From the NCBI GenBank assembly GCA_002245135.1, contig NGBS01001190.1:1-64000 (forward strand): DNA of 64,000 bases, read 5' to 3'. Source of the stretch: Proteromonas lacertae. Taxonomy: Eukaryota. The position numbers and the translations under genes are program-made. Shown here in pieces: positions 1-16,525 of this stretch (its first letter is position 1; each line of letters starts with the position of its first letter). The notes under the pieces are model-generated. The model was not told where the DNA came from. It made no database searches and saw only the letters and a list, made by a program, of their open reading frames with translations.

Positions 1-203
1 GAGGTGTGAATAAAGCCAGAACAGAAATGTCAGGATATTATTTAAAGAGTGAACTATATCAATCTAATATGACAACTTTAGAAAATATCGAAAATGCTGA
101 TTGTCGAAAATTGCCAAAGTTAAAGAGATATATGAGACCATTCATGTCCCAATTCTCAGCTACCATGGGAAGAGTATGGAGATTCTATTGGAATATTGAA
201 TAA
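1..203 (+). CDS. 3' end of an unidentified gene running in from the left edge
   Basis: Frame is open from the window edge to TAA at 201-203, followed by AT-rich intergenic DNA. No recognisable motif. Confidence 0.5.
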   Translation, partial: GVNKARTEMSGYYLKSELYQSNMTTLENIENADCRKLPKLKRYMRPFMSQFSATMGRVWRFYWNIE

Positions 204-1064
204 TGAATATGCTAGTGATAAATATTCATTAATAATGATTAGAAGAAATGATTACACATTCTGAATTAAATTGTTGTGTAGTTAATAATACTATTTTTGT
301 GAATAATTCATTTGATTATTTTCTAATTGTTTTTAAAACTCAATATTGAAATGATATTTCATGTCTGATATAACTATAAATAAAATCACTTATATGATAG
401 AATTGATAATTTATTTAATATAGATTTGAATAACGAAAAATTCCCCACATTTTTAAAAAATATCAAAATCTATTCAATTTAATCATAATAATTATTAATC
501 TTATTTTAATGACTGATATCTATGTATAGAAGCAGGATTAAGCAGTTAAAATTATAAATGTTGTGTTAAGTTGTTGAGTGAACATATGAATGGTTTTATA
601 CTAATATTTGTTAATATTATTCTTTATAGATATTTTAATTGATGTATAGAACTACAAAACTGAAATGATACTGATTTAAGTCTATGAAACATATATAGCT
701 GGAACAGCGTTGATGAAGGTAATAAAATTACACAGTAATATATATTAATGGATAGTATTAAGTGGTAGATGAAGATTATGTCATCTAGATGATTAGTAAA
801 TATATTACTGCGCTGAAGATTTATATCCATGTGCTTTATGTTTGCTAATATTTATCGGATTTTTTCTATCGTGGAGATAATTTGTATAAGAAGTGGAGAG
901 AATTTTTAGTTGTACTTTTTTACATTTACTCAATTTTTACTCAACTGAGTGTACTAAAATTATTGCATTATTGTTATTTGTCATTAACATACTTGTCTTC
1001 AGTAGTATACAGGATATCTCTTTCTTATATCTCAAATTAACTCAATTTGGTGCATTGATAAAAT

Positions 1065-4000
1065 ATGAGTAGTTATAATTCAAATCCTTATTATTTTACA
1101 CAAAGTAGTAGATTTTGTAAGGTTTTTAATGAAATAGTAACTGATGGTATTAATTTTGTTGATATGTTGTATGAGGATAACTTAAAAATACCTAATGTAT
1201 AAGATATTTATATATAATATAGGATAATAATAATAAATTTAACAAAAAACGAAAAGAAAAAGATGAATTCTGTAAGAAGTGGTTAGACAATGAATTATAC
1301 GGTAATTATATAAAAATATCATCTAAAATAAATAACAGTGTAGAAAAGAGAATAAATAATTTGCTTTCTGTACTAATTAGAGAATATGATCAACATTTGG
1401 ATAAAGTATATATTATTTATTAGTTGTATAGGTAACTATCACTGTTAGTGATAAGAAAATGATTAAAACTATCGAAAAGGATGATAAATATCAGATTATC
1501 AATGAAATAGCTAAGAATATATCAAAAGTTGATTCAGAGGTTTTGACTAGAATTAAGTACTTGTTTCGGTCATACAATATGGTTTATGAATTGTACATAT
1601 TATTTTTTATGTTTTAATAGGTCAGAGTTTTACAATATTTGTTTTTACAAAGAAGCGTATTACAGATTTAATGATTGTAAAAGTATAATTGTGTTAGTAT
1701 ATATTGAATAGCCAAATATGTTGGTAATGATTTGATATATCGTTTCTATTATAATAAAGATTGTAATTACTGTGATCCAATTAAAAGCTCGAATTTTATA
1801 TTCAATAAAGAAAGAATACCGAAGAAGTATGTGTTATTATTATAATACTTGTATTTAGAATAAAATTCATTTTCAAGTATATAAATTCAAAGATTTCCCC
1901 ATCAATCGAAATAGAATATGAATTGAATAAAAAAGATGTAAAAGGTAAAAATCTATGTGTTCAATTTGAAAAAGACAAAATACAATACAAAGATCTGTGT
2001 GAATTAAAAGTCCGATTATTTAATGTAAAGTGTAAAGATATTTCCATCGATAATATTTATTTATCAAAAGATGCATCAAATAGTAGATATGATATTTCAA
2101 TTAGAAAGATATTTGATAAACTTTTCAACCATATTTTAAATCCAAATGAGATGGATTGTTATGATGAAACAGTTTCTACAATCTTAGATTTGATATTAAA
2201 AACAGGAGCAATAGACTATTTACTTCAATTTTTAATGAATTTAAACAGAATCAAAATGAATGAAGAGAATAAAAGTAATTAATTGATATTTTCTCACAGA
2301 TAAAACTATCAGTAAATAAATCTACAAAATTGAAATATAAAAAGAAAAAAGAACTATTCAACTCACCTTTAATAATCCTGAGTCTGATTAATAAACTTAA
2401 ATTGGGCAATTGGCATGTTTTAGATCTTCATCCTCATTATCTGTTAATATTGTTAAACTACATTCAATTGTTAATGTCAAATCCAAAAACAACAATTGAT
2501 AATATAGAGATGATTGTTTTGTTATTTGATTTATTGAATAAAGAAATGAACTATCTTTATTCATATGATTTATCAAACAGTGGATGTGATTATTCAGAAG
2601 AATATAGAAATTTGTTAATAACAATCAATACAACAATTGAGAAATACAATGATTGGATTAATGAGAAAGAAAACCAATGAGAAGATAAGAAATTTGTTGA
2701 AGAATATAAAATTATCAGAAATTATGAAGAATTATTATATAAACATACTCAAAGATTCACCTCCTGGTTCAAAACTAGAAATATTGATCAATGCCAGTAA
2801 ATATGATAATCTTCTATCCAATCAAATCACTGAACAGTTTAAACCATTATTAACCAATCCAAAAGAGATGTGTAAACTTGAAAGTGATATATTCAATCCA
2901 AAAATCAGAATGTTGTATTTAGATACTTTAAAAATACTCTCCTCTTCAATTAAAAGTCATCATGAAAGTTGTTTAGGTGAAACAATTCTACAATACATCT
3001 TAAAATTAACTGTATTTCAGTTTATGAAAGATATTAAAACAATTGATAATAGTAATCTCAAAGAGAAGCTTCTTTATATTATTGAGTATAAATATTATTA
3101 TTATATTTGATAATAGAATGATAGATTCATTATTAATCAGTGTAAAACATTATTTGAATAATGCAAATTCATCAAAGTGTTTTGATGAAGAATATTCATT
3201 TATATACAAAACTTTACCATTGAATTTATTCTTAATTCTGTTTATTATAACCAAAGTTCAATCAGATGAAATAATATTTCCATTTATATCAGTTATTTCA
3301 TCTGATTTGATTGGTTTAAGAAATGATATTTATGAAATAATGAATAATAATCGAAATATCCAAAATGAATGTTTATATGATTATATTTCATATGCTTGTG
3401 GTTATTGTGCTTCTCAATTAACAAAATCACTTACAGTTTCATATGAAGAAGAAAAGTTGTCATATTGGTTAAATTCGCCATTATTCTGTAATGGATTGAT
3501 GAAAGAATATGAAATAGAAACTCTATTTGATATGAATTATGATGTGATTGGATTAATTCCTCATGAAATAGAGAATAACGGAATAAGTTGTATATTTATT
3601 TATTAGTATAAATAAATAGTTCCAGAATTGACTTTTCATCCATCAGAATCTTCAATAACATACATTAGAAACTCAAATATGATATTATTATTCATAAACA
3701 ATTACATATCAAAATATGATTATGATGAATTCAATGAATTGATTCATGTAAAACCATTAGAGAAAATAGAAATGAAAGGATTAACAAATACAGATAAACA
3801 ATTCTTCTTTGAATTATTACAATCAATTTCCAATCCTCCAATATTACAGTTTTTATTAGAATCATTTGATAATAACAAATATATATCAAAATTACCAATT
3901 GATAAGAGAATATGTGATGATAGTTTTATTCAAACAATTAATAAACCAAAAAGTGATTCTTTGACAAATCAATTATTTATTTTATTATCCAAATCAACAG

Positions 4001-7000
4001 ATAAATCGATGATATTTATTGTAAAAGCAATAACAAGATTGAATGGAATAATTGGTCCACAGTTGATCATGAATAATGAAGAAATGTTTAATCCAATAAT
4101 TCAATGTTTATGTAGTTTATCATATATTTATGAAAAGTCATTAGATATATTTAAGATGTTTATAATATTCAATGAAAATGAAGAGAGTGAATTTGATTAT
4201 GAAACAATAAAACCAGTAATATTATCCTTATGTAGAGTAATACAACATTTCAGAGAAATGAAACAGTTTTACAACAACAGAATAGAAGAAGAAACAAATG
4301 AAATGGAGAATTATAATAAGAATGAAAATGGAAGAATAAATGTTGATTTTACATTACCAATTACATTTGTTGATTATTTGAAAAGGTTAGAAGAAAGATG
4401 TATTTTAATACAACAATGTGAATTACATAATTCAAATGAAAAAAAGAATGATGTAGAATCAAAAGTGAAAGTTGCTTTATCTTATATTTGTAATGGATAT
4501 GCAATAAGTAATGAAATGATGATAAAATTATTAGAAAGAAGAGAAATAAGAACTAAATTGAGAATATCTGGTTTGAGAATGTATAGTTTACTATTGAATA
4601 ATGATGGTTCAAATTCTTTGATATTGAATGGATTTTTATCAAGTTTATGTGGAAAATATAAAAATAAAGAATTATCAATAGAAGAAGAAATCAACTCCTA
4701 TCATCATTATTCAAAAAATGTATATGGATGTAAATCCAAATCATATTATGAATTATCAAATGAATTTCTTAGATTTTTAATTTCATTCAAGAATTCAATG
4801 ATTATTTGCTTTGATAATCAAGTATATTTCATTTATTATTTTATTTTCACATAGTATTATAATGATTTGTTATATGTGAAAGAGATATATTTGGATTATA
4901 CAGAATGTGATTCTTGGATATTAGAAGAATCGCAAATAATGGATTTATTCAATCATATTATTAGATTCAACAAGATTTATCATCTTAAAGATATAAATGA
5001 AATTAAAAGTATAATATATTAATTGTTTATACTGAATAGAAGTAAAATGTTTAAAACATTATCATCAATCTGTTTATGAAGCAATATCAAATGGATATTT
5101 CAATAAATCCGAATTATTATTAGAATTATTTTCAATGAATCTAAGTGATTCATTTTGGAAAAGACATGGTATTGAAACTGGTTTAGATTTGCATTTATAT
5201 GTTAAATATATAAGTGAAGAGAATGTCAAGCTATTAGTTTATAATGGATTAGAGGAAATAGGAATTTACCCATTAAGAAGAAAAGATGTTGTTATAAATA
5301 GAAATAATGATAGTAATAATTATCGAAATAATTATAATTTTAACCTTAGTGATAGTAGTGATAGTAGTGATAATAATTATCAAGACAATGATGATGAAAT
5401 AATAATTATTAATAATAAAATGGAAATTGAAGATGAAAATGGATTTGTCGATGATGTTATAACCACAACATCTTTTCACAGAAACATTCATGATGATATT
5501 TTATCAACTTGTTCAATTGATGATTTATCTAATAATATTGTTTTGTTCATTACATTATCTATTATGAAAGATGGTGAAATAAAGAAACAATCATATGAAA
5601 AGAAATATGGAGATATATATGATGAATTATTTAAGAAACATAAAGAAAATGATATTCCGTCATATCAACTAATGATATATGAATACTCAAAACAACAATC
5701 AAAACCATTTTTATCATCATTATTCACATATATCGAAAGAAAATTATATAATATTCATCAGTTTTACAGAAATTACAAAGTATTGGTATATGAAAAAGAA
5801 AGATATATGTTAATCTCACTTTTTCAATCACAGAATAAAGAAAAAGGGATGATTATTGATTTAGATTTGTTTAATGAAGATGAATCTATTATGGATAGAA
5901 AATTATCTCTCATATTATCACAATTATGTAGAATTAATGATTCAGAAAGTTTTAAGGAATGGATTAATGTCAGAAATAATCTTTTGTTGATGATTAATTT
6001 ATATCAGCATACAACAATACCTAATCAGTTATTAATATTGAAATGTATAAAGTCACATCTATTAGAAATATCAACAAATGATTCATTAATTATAAACAAA
6101 ATTCTAGATTTATTACTGGTGATATTATTAGAATTAGGAAGAATCATATTATTTGATGATAATATGACATTTAAAACAAATGATTATTATGATAATATCA
6201 AATCTACTTCAACATGGAAATGCATTATATGTGATTGTAAAAATGAAATTGGAAGTTATACATGTAATCAATGTCAATTACCTTATTCAAAATCAGGAAT
6301 GATATTCCCATCTCATGATAATTGTGTTAATTCATTTAGTAATTATAATGGAAATAATTTGATGTGGAAAAAGACATATTTACTCCAATTTTTAAGAGAT
6401 GTGATGAATAATAATTCTATATTAATATTGCTCTTTTATTCATCAAATAAATATATAAAAAGAATGATTGAATTATTAAAATCTAATGATTCTTTAAGAA
6501 TAAATGATGATGTATATATAAGTGTAGGAATATTAGCATTTCATGGTGGAATTCAATCAATAATTTCGAAAGACTCAATCATTGAAGTGAATATAAATGG
6601 AGTTATATCAAAATGCAAAGTAATAGAAATGAAAGAATGTTATTCAAAACTAGAAGTAGAAATAAATTCATCAAAAGAGATATGTGAAGTTGATTATGAT
6701 TCTATTATTTCAATGAATATTCCATCAATTCCATTAAATGAAACTCCATATTCATCTGTATTATGCGATTTAATAAAAGCAGTTTATGATATAAATGATA
6801 ATAATACCAATAAATCTCTTCCTGTTCAAATAGAAACAATCTCATTATTGTTATTCAATTATTTGAAATATGAAGTTAATAATCATTATGAATCAATTCC
6901 AACTGATTTATTACAGAATATAATAAAATCGTTATTGAATATTTCTTTATCAGTGTCAACTTTACCATTATCATTATCATCACTTCAGCTATCTCATATA

Positions 7001-10000
7001 TTAGCATTCAATTTCAATATATATTATTCCATGAGTTATTTATTTGTAAAATCATTTACATTTTGTCAACAAGAACAAATATTATCTGAAACAACTGGTA
7101 GTTCAATAGAACTTGCTAAGAAGGCAATTGAACTATGTAAGAATCCAAATGATGCAGTAAATTGGTTATTGGAGAATAAAGAGAAATATAAAGACTATTC
7201 AAAAGAGATGTTTAAAGGTGAATTACCTAAAGATATATTAAGCAATCAACGAATTGATTTTAGTCAGTTAAATAAAACGAATAATATAACATCTAAATAT
7301 TGTTATTTATCAAAATATGATGAAAAAATACCTTTAAAAATTGGTCAAATAGTATATGTAAAATCCAATCTATATATGAATGAATTGAATAAAGAATTTG
7401 CAGTGTTTCTATATGAACAGAATAATATAAATTATTTCATTTCTATAAAAGATAATCAATCAACAGTTATTTGTATTAATGATTATTTTTTGAAGAATGT
7501 AATATATTGTATAGATGATAAATATGGCTATAAGATAAGTAATATAAATGATGCATTGGATTATATAAAAGAAATAACAAATACATTGATCATAAATACA
7601 AATAGAGATATTTTAATAAAACTAATGATAATTAATCCATATAAATATTTAATTAAAGATGAAAATTTATTTCTTCAGTTATATAAAAGATTAAGCTGTG
7701 GAAATACATTACATATTAAGGTATTATCAAATATTATGAAAAATGGAAATGTTAAAAATTCATTTGAGATAATGACAAAAATTTTAATAAAACTATTACA
7801 GGATGAAAAATGTAATGAGAGAATTGTAATACAAAATGAAGTATCTCCATGTGAACGTATAATTCACTCTCCATCATCAATAGTATCACTTTCAATGTCT
7901 GAAATGTTATGGCATTTAAATCAATCTTCATATACATCATCAGTTGTCAATTATGAAGTAATAGAATCATTGCATCCACTTTATAAACGTTCAGATTATG
8001 TAGGAAAAGTATGTCTTCCAAACTGTAAATCAGTGGTGATAATATTTGATGAAAAGAGTAACATTGGAAGTGGAAGTTTGAGTTTTTGTTTAGATGATAA
8101 ATTTAACAATGATTTTAAAAGATTTCATGGAGATAATAGATTTAAATCATTTGTTGTAAATTCCAACACTCTTTACTACAGATTTTCACGCAATAATAGC
8201 TGTAGTAGATGGGGATATAGAATGTTTGTGTTTGGAATAGGAGATTATGAACAATTATCTGAAAAGAATATAATATCATATCCAAATATTGAATGGTCAT
8301 TATGGATATTAAACATTATATTACTTGAATCTAATATAAATAAAGAAACGAAGCAAGAATTGTTAAATATTTTGATTAAACAATATTTTACACCACAATC
8401 CAAAGACAAAGTAATTAACTGCTTAATGAATTTATGTAGAGATGAAAGATTTAAGGATTTAGTGACTCAATCAAAAGAAATAAATGATTTAGCAAGACAA
8501 GCATTTAATTGTATTAATAACGATAGAAATGGTAGTGATACTGATAAGTTTTTAATGGAGTTATATTTCCTTTCAAATAAGAATTCTAATCTTATTAATG
8601 TCGATGCATTAGAAAGCAATGAAATATCGATTGAAAAAGTTTCATCAATTTATTCATTGTTGTATCAAATTTATTTAAACCAATTTATTCCAATATTTAA
8701 AAACTCAAATTTGTTAGAGTATTGTACAAAAACATACGAATTAGAATCATCTATGAAAAAGACTAAGCATTTGAAGTTTGAATATGTATGTAGTTGTTTT
8801 AATAACTTTAATGTAATTATTCACAAAGATTTAAATAATAGTAAAATTAAACTGAATATTGCATACAATGATAATATAATAGAATTTAAAGATAAATTTG
8901 ATAATGATTTAATTTACCAAATAAATAATACAAATAAAATAAATATTGAAGTAAGATTATATATATCAAAAAATGAAAAATACAAAACAACTATTACAAT
9001 AAAGCCAATAGACAATATAAAATATTTAAAAGTATTAAGAAATAGTAAAGAAGAAGAAATAGAGACTTATAATTTGAATTATGAAGAAATAGCAAATATA
9101 ATGAATGTTAAAAATAAATATAAAGAAACTAATTCAAAAGAATTAAAGAAGTTATACAAGCAATACATAGCTGAATATGGACTAGATAGAATTCCAATGT
9201 GGAAATCATTTAATATTTTAAATGAATCAATTGATATAATAGGAAAGAATATAATTGAAGTATTAAAATATGTTGATTTGTCTCAATTAAAAGTAAAAGG
9301 AAGTTTTGCATATATGATTAGAGAAAGTAAGATATTTATATCAAGGAAATTAAAGATGTTATATTGCAATAAAATAAAGAATAAATTATATAATAGAAAT
9401 ATAGAAAGAGGGAAATCTGTTTATATTGATAGATTTAAAGCAAGTGATGAAAAAGAAAAAGGAATGATAAACTCATTACAATCACATTGTGTGTTTAAAC
9501 AATTATACAACCAATTATATGATTATGGAGAAAGAATATGGTTTGCAAGATGTGATGGATATAGAGTATTTACAGTTCGTTTTGCAAATGAAGGTGCTTC
9601 AGATGCAGGTGGACCATATAGAGAATGTTTAGAAGAAATGATTGAAGATTTATTCAGTGAACATTTTGATTTGTTTATTCCAACAAATAACAATAAACAT
9701 AAATATGGTATTGATACTGATTGTTTTATTCCCAATCCAAATTGTAAAGAAATAGAACATATGAAAATGTATGAATTTGTTGGTAGAATAATGGGATATT
9801 CAATATTATCAAATGCTTGTTTACCATTTATGTTTCCCAAATGTTTTTGGAATGTTTTTAGTGGAAATGAATTAAAATATGAAGATATTTATAATTTAGA
9901 TCAATATTTGTATAATAATCTAGAAGAAATAAGAAATGCCAAAAATGAAGAAGAATTACCTAAACAACCAGCATTTGTGATAAGTGATGAAAATGGTGAA

Positions 10001-10543
10001 ATAGTCAATCTAAATCCAGGATTTGAAGAAGAATTGAAAATGGAGAATAAAGATAAACATTGTGAATTAATAATCGATTATATAATTCATCGTTGTGATA
10101 TCCAAATAAAATCAATATTAAAAGGATTGTATAGTGTTATTCCACAATCATATTTCTTCCTTTTTAATGGAGATGATATAGAAGAATTTGTGTGTGGAAA
10201 AGCAGAAATAGATATTGAATATTTGAAACAACATACTAGTTACAGTGGATATGATAGTAATAGTCAAACAATAATTGATTTTTGGAAAGTAATGGAGAGT
10301 TGTAACAATGAAGAAAGAAGAAAATTCATAAAATTTGTTTGGGGAAGAAGTAGATTGCCTTTGAAAGGAGAATACTGGGAATCTACATTAAAAATATCAA
10401 GAAGTAGTTCTTCAAATGAATTACCATCATCGCATACCTGCAGTTTTCAAATTGATTTACCAGATTATTCAAATTATGAAATATTGGAAAGAAATTTGAG
10501 AATAGCAATTAATTATGGATTAGGAGCTATGTTGAATAATTAA
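1065..10543 (+). CDS. Giant HECT E3 ubiquitin ligase (HERC/HECTD4-like) with RanBP2-type Zn finger, UBA-like and CUB-like segments; about 10 small 5' introns
   Basis: C-terminal HECT motifs (F.NEGASDAGGPYRE, FVWGRSRLP, catalytic LPSSHTC). Also WKCIICDCKN..CNQC and ESLHP..WGYRM. The junctions I traced splice in frame via GT-AG introns (e.g. at 2276, 3590, 4822, 5009). One +1 break near 2670. Start codon is tentative. Confidence 0.85.
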
Positions 10544-10647
10544 ATAAAACAATATTATTATTTCATTCTAATAATATGTTATTTTTAAAGGAATTAAGTA
10601 AATCTCCAAAAAAAGAGAGAATATTTATATATATATTGCTTAATAAT

Positions 10648-13600
10648 TTATGCAAAATAATGAGAACTTACTAATGTATCTTCCAACAAAGCTATTTGAT
10701 CTTCACTAAAATATTTCTTACATCTATCCCAATCATCTTGATGACTTTTCTTAAACTTACTTATACTATCTTTAGATGTTTTTCCAATTGGTCTAAAATA
10801 TATGAAAATATATTATATATATACGCTGGATAGGATGAAACAGTTAAAAGCAATTCCAATGCTTTTGGAGTATAAGATTCAATTTCCACTAAATTCAAAT
10901 TTAAAAATGAAGTTAAAACTATAACACATCCATGCATACATTTTATCCAATCATTATCTTTATTCTTTTTCTATAAAATAAATAGATAAATAATAAAAAT
11001 ATATTATATATATATACCATTTGTAATGCTTTTTTAAACACCTTTTCATACTTGTTAAAGGTTTTATTCAACTTATTTTCAGTGTAAAATGAGAATAAAA
11101 ACATAAACAATCTATCACAACTCTGTCTTACAACAGAATCATTATCATATAAACAATTCTCAATAATAGGAAGTAATCTTTTAAAGAATTGATCACGAAC
11201 TAACAAAGAACAATTTGATAATACAATTTGTAACATTACAACTGTTCCTTTTCTCACTGTGGATGATGCTATACTCAATAATGATTGTAGAATATTCCAG
11301 AAATCATCTTCTGGCATTATGCTGGTTAAACACATACTGTAGTTGACACAATTGAATGGACGACTTTCATTACTTAACTATTTATAAAATAAAAAATAAT
11401 TATATACATAAGATCTTGCTAATGGAATAATGAGTTTATAAATATATGAAATTGGTTTAAAATGTCTGAAAAATACTCCAAATCCTGAGACAATGTGATT
11501 AAATAATAAATTATCTTTACTCCTATTTAAAAATACATTCGTTATTATACTCTATAATTGGAACAAATCCATTTTCATTTTTATATTTATTAATATAATC
11601 ATCCAGAAGAAGTGATATTTTATCATTAATATTGGACACAAGTATTGACAATTCATTTTCTTTCACATTCAAATCATTAAATGGAGCTCTTGATGACGCT
11701 AATAATATATAACAAATACAACTCAATAGGTTATTATCTTTAATTGTGAATAGATCAGAAATGGAATTTAATAATGGTTTAATAATTTTAATGACTAATT
11801 CTGGCTGTGAAGTGTAAAATAATGATAATTTCTCACAGATTTTACAACTTAAAATGTAAGTTGATATTTTGTTGATATTGTTCTCTTTGTCTTTTATATT
11901 TATAATTCTATCTGTTAATTCTCTAATATAAATATATATATGTATAATATACTTTATTAATGGTGGAAATAATGAAAGATCTTCAATTTTACCTTGATAT
12001 TGGAATATATATGATGGCACATAAATACAACTGGTACTTTTCTCCACCAGAAAGTCATAAAACTCTAAAAACAATAACAAAAAGTCTTTATCATTTAGTA
12101 TCTTTTGTTTAATACTAAAGGTGAAATAACCACTTAGAATGTGACAAAGAACAGAACAATGAGATCTATCAACACAAGAATCTATTCAAAATAAATAAAT
12201 AATTAAATATACTTAAAAACAATCTTCCAGCTTGACAACATAACTTAATCAGTTCTTTATAACCTAAGAAATTACACAATCTACAAATCGTATAACTGAC
12301 AGACCAATGAAACGAATAGTTTCTATTATAATAATCATCATTTTCCACTGCACATAATCCATCCAGTAATATTTTTACATCATTATTCATATTAAACCGT
12401 TGGAAATAGTTGGGAAAGGTATGACCACTGTACATTTCATCACATTTATGTGAAAATGGAATAAAACTTTCATATAAATTCAACCAATTATCAACATTAC
12501 TATAAACCTCCTTTAATTTATCACCAAATAGATTTGGATAAAATCTTGCAATAAAACCAGAAAATAAAAATGAAACGACTTTAATATTGGGATTTTCACT
12601 GGTTATACCATCTGCAATGATATTTCCAATACAAAAATCAGGTTCAATTCCTGTCAGTAGGTTTATATATACACAAAATAGTATATGAGCTTGATATCTC
12701 CATTGTTTATTTGAGAAATCTTTAGTTATTTCAACAAAGAGTGAATTATATTCATTTTTATCTTGAATCTTACCAGGAATACTATTTTGATAATAATATA
12801 TAATAATAATATATACATATAAAATGATATTTGTGTTGATAATATAATATCTTCAGCTTTTTGTACTTTATCTTGAGGATAATTCAATAGATATTTCGGT
12901 ATATCCAATATAGTAAGATATAACTTCTTAATAAAGGAGAAATTGTAATAATAATCGATTACTTTATCAATTATTCCTCTATTTCAATATAATAATAATA
13001 ATTATATAATATATACTGTAAGAAAATTAAACATTCAGTATGTTTTGAATTGATTAATAGTTTATAACATTCATCTGGAATAAACTATTTATATAATAAT
13101 AATAATAATATGAAATACATCTAATTCTTTATAAAATGATAGAAATTTCCCTCTAATAATTGAACTAGCACCTGCTGAATATATTGATCTCGATCCAATT
13201 TGAAATACATCTTTTGCAAGCTGGGTAAATACACCAATCACTTGTTTATATTCTTCTGTAGGATGTCTATATAAATATTCTTTAGCAAAATAGAAATATT
13301 TTCCTTCTAGTCTTTCAATTGAATTTGATGCAAATTTTCCAAAATCATATAAATGTGTATAGATGGTTATATATTGATAGATTTCATTTGGATCTAATTG
13401 TAATTCGAATTTGATTTGATCAATTGATAATGGTAATTGTGAAGTGATTATATTGTTTATATTATAATGAGGAAACATTGCATTATATAGAAAATTGAGA
13501 CTATTTTAATAAAATAATACATATATATATATATACACTTTGTCATTTAATAATATAAGTATTTGATCTGTCATTGTATCAGCTGATTGGTCAATAAATA

Positions 13601-16356
13601 AATATATCTTATGATAACAATCAAACACATCTTTCCATATTTGTAATAGATTTTCTACTCTTACTTTAAAATCATTAAAAAATATGAATTTAGGTAGTAA
13701 TTCTTCAAAGAGAGCTTCGAAGTCAACTGACACTGATGCACTGAGGAGTAATATTGCATTAGTCCATTGTTTTCTATCAGTAACATCTATATTAAAGTAA
13801 TAAATAAAAACATGAAGAGGAAGAAGAAAAAAAGAAAAAATATGTAATAATTATATATATATACTATTTTCAATCAAATTATAAATATATTTAATCTGTG
13901 GATATGTATAATGTTGAATGATATCATTAATCAATACGATTTATATCTCACTTCATCACTATCAATGGAAATATAATAATTATTATGTATATTCTTATAT
14001 TCACCGATTTTACCTCTTTTTAATTCCTTTATTGGATGTATTAAATCACCAATTTGATGAGTAATAATATGTAATAAATTGAATATAATCTCATTCACTT
14101 CCATTTCTGGGTATTTTATACCAATATCAAATATTATTTTGATTTTATCCCAACTTGAGGAGGTAAACCTAACTCCTGGACTTAATAATGAATCTAATAT
14201 TGAACAGTATCTAATAATTGTATCTTTAGTTGCACAAAATGAAGAATTATTTTCCACTAACCTTTCGAATATTTTATTGATTGCTTTGGCATGTAATTCT
14301 GTACTGATGAAAGCTGTTACTTCGGAGATTGCAAATGTCATTTCTATACCATGTTCAAGATCATCTAATACTTCACTATTATACATAATAATAGAATAAG
14401 AATGATATAATAGTAAAATATTGAATAAAAGAAGAGAAAAAAGGTAAAGAAAAATGATTGAAAAGTAGTGAAAATTATAAAGAAAAATCATATACTCTAT
14501 TATCTTCTGAAACAAATTATCAATATCACCTTGTGGTAAAGTAGTCAAAATCACTGGAAATAACTTCAATACAGTATCATTCCATGGTAATTGGGTAATC
14601 TTCATATCTAATGCGATATTAAACAATATATCAACAGCATGACTTCTTAACCATTCAAATAATTGAACCATTTGTGATTGAACTAAAGGATTTTCATCTT
14701 TATAAAGAGCTTCTATTTCTTCAACACTCACTATTATAAAAATAAACATAATAATATTATATATATTATACTTGAAAGATTGACAAGCCTATACAAGCCT
14801 GAAAATACTCTTATTGAAGCAACTAGTCGTTTATGATCAATAGTTCTCACACAATCATAGAGGAAGTCTAAAGATGATAATAAATACGAAATATATTCAG
14901 AATTTGGCTTGGGAAAAATATATATTTGATTGCCAAATTCTAATGCAATTATTGCAGTAATAATCTAAATAAATAAATAATATAATATATATTAATACTC
15001 TATTCGTTTGCATACAATTTTCTTCATTCAATCCTTCTTCAATACATCTCAGTAGTTTTGGTAACAATTCAATAGAGAAATATTCATACATTGATATTGA
15101 TGTATTCTTTATATTCATATTAACAAAAGCTACTTCAATTGTTGACCAAATAATTTGACAAGTTTCTTCAATTTCTTCAGGAGTTAAATCATAATAATTG
15201 ATATCTTTACCCATTTCTTTATAGATTTTTAATTTTAATAGAAAGTATATAATATCACAGAAATTCACACGGTATGTAGATAATAATGCAGGAGCTGTTA
15301 TATTCAAACTGCCAGAAGGCGCAAGTTTGAATATTCGAATATAATTCTGTAATAACGGTCGAATATGAGTGGATTCTAACGGTTTATCGTATGGAAAGAT
15401 ATAAGCGGAGAGTGACGAGTAACTCATAAATACAGAATACACATCTGTACCGTATTTGGTAAATATACTAATCCAATCATATTCTGGAGTTTCTTCAATA
15501 CATCTTCTCATTAATTGTTCAAAACCATTAGCACATAGTTCGGAGTACTTAATATGATAGGTCATAAAGAGATTAACCCATTTATCAATAACATCGAATG
15601 GAAATGGTGTTTTGGGGAGGAATGCGATAAGGCCATACAGTCTGAAGGTGAGATAAGGTAATGGATAGTTTTCTTCTGGATTTGGTATCCTGAAATATTC
15701 AATTATATTGTTAATTTCAGAAGGAGGTATAACTATATATATCTATTATAATATAATATGTTTATTAATACATTGTTTAACACATTCTCTAGATCAGCTT
15801 CATAATTCTGTGATAAATTTATTGATATTGAGGATAATTCAGCTCTTTCAAAATTGTGCTTGCTTACTTCATAAAATCTCTTCCAATCAAAGTGACTCTA
15901 TTAAATATAACACATAAATATATGAATATACTGTGAAAATTGTTGATCCGGTAATAATTCTGTTTATATGAGGTAATAACCATGATCTTTGAGTAACACT
16001 AAGTAATATAAATGCATAGTAACAATATACTTTATGTTTGGATTGACGTACAACTCTACATACAATTCAAAAATTGCTTTTGTATATTTTATATCTATAT
16101 CTGCACTAAGTGATAGATTTTCAAACTATTACAGTAAATAAAACAAGAAATATATACATTGGCTTTGCACAGTGTAATAAACTTTTGAACATCTGGTTCG
16201 TCAGATTTAACTATTTCTTGCATTTCTTTAAGCGAATCTTCAATATATTGATTAAACTCATCCAATGTTTCTTTGGTATAAAGAAAATGAGGTTTCTTAA
16301 CCCTATAAAAATATAATATATCCAAAATACTCATTAAAATCAACTCTGGTTTTCAT
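10648..16356 (-). CDS. PSME4: Proteasome activator PA200/Blm10, about 17 introns
   Basis: Spliced C-terminus SKFKKSHQDDWDRCKKYFSEDQIALLEDTLVSSHYFA* matches the PA200 C-terminal domain with its HbYX tail. HEAT-like body. Start inferred (MKTRVDFNE|VKKPHF). Confidence 0.85.
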
Positions 16357-16525
16357 AAAATTATATATTCTGGTAAATAGACTTCAAGGTGACGAATATA
16401 GTTCAAAATAAAGAAATTGACATAAAATTACTGTAATTGACTGAAGTTTGTATAGTAATTATGACATTTTTATTCAGTTATATCCTTGATTATCAAACCT
16501 TTGATTTAAAATCCAAAAGAACATA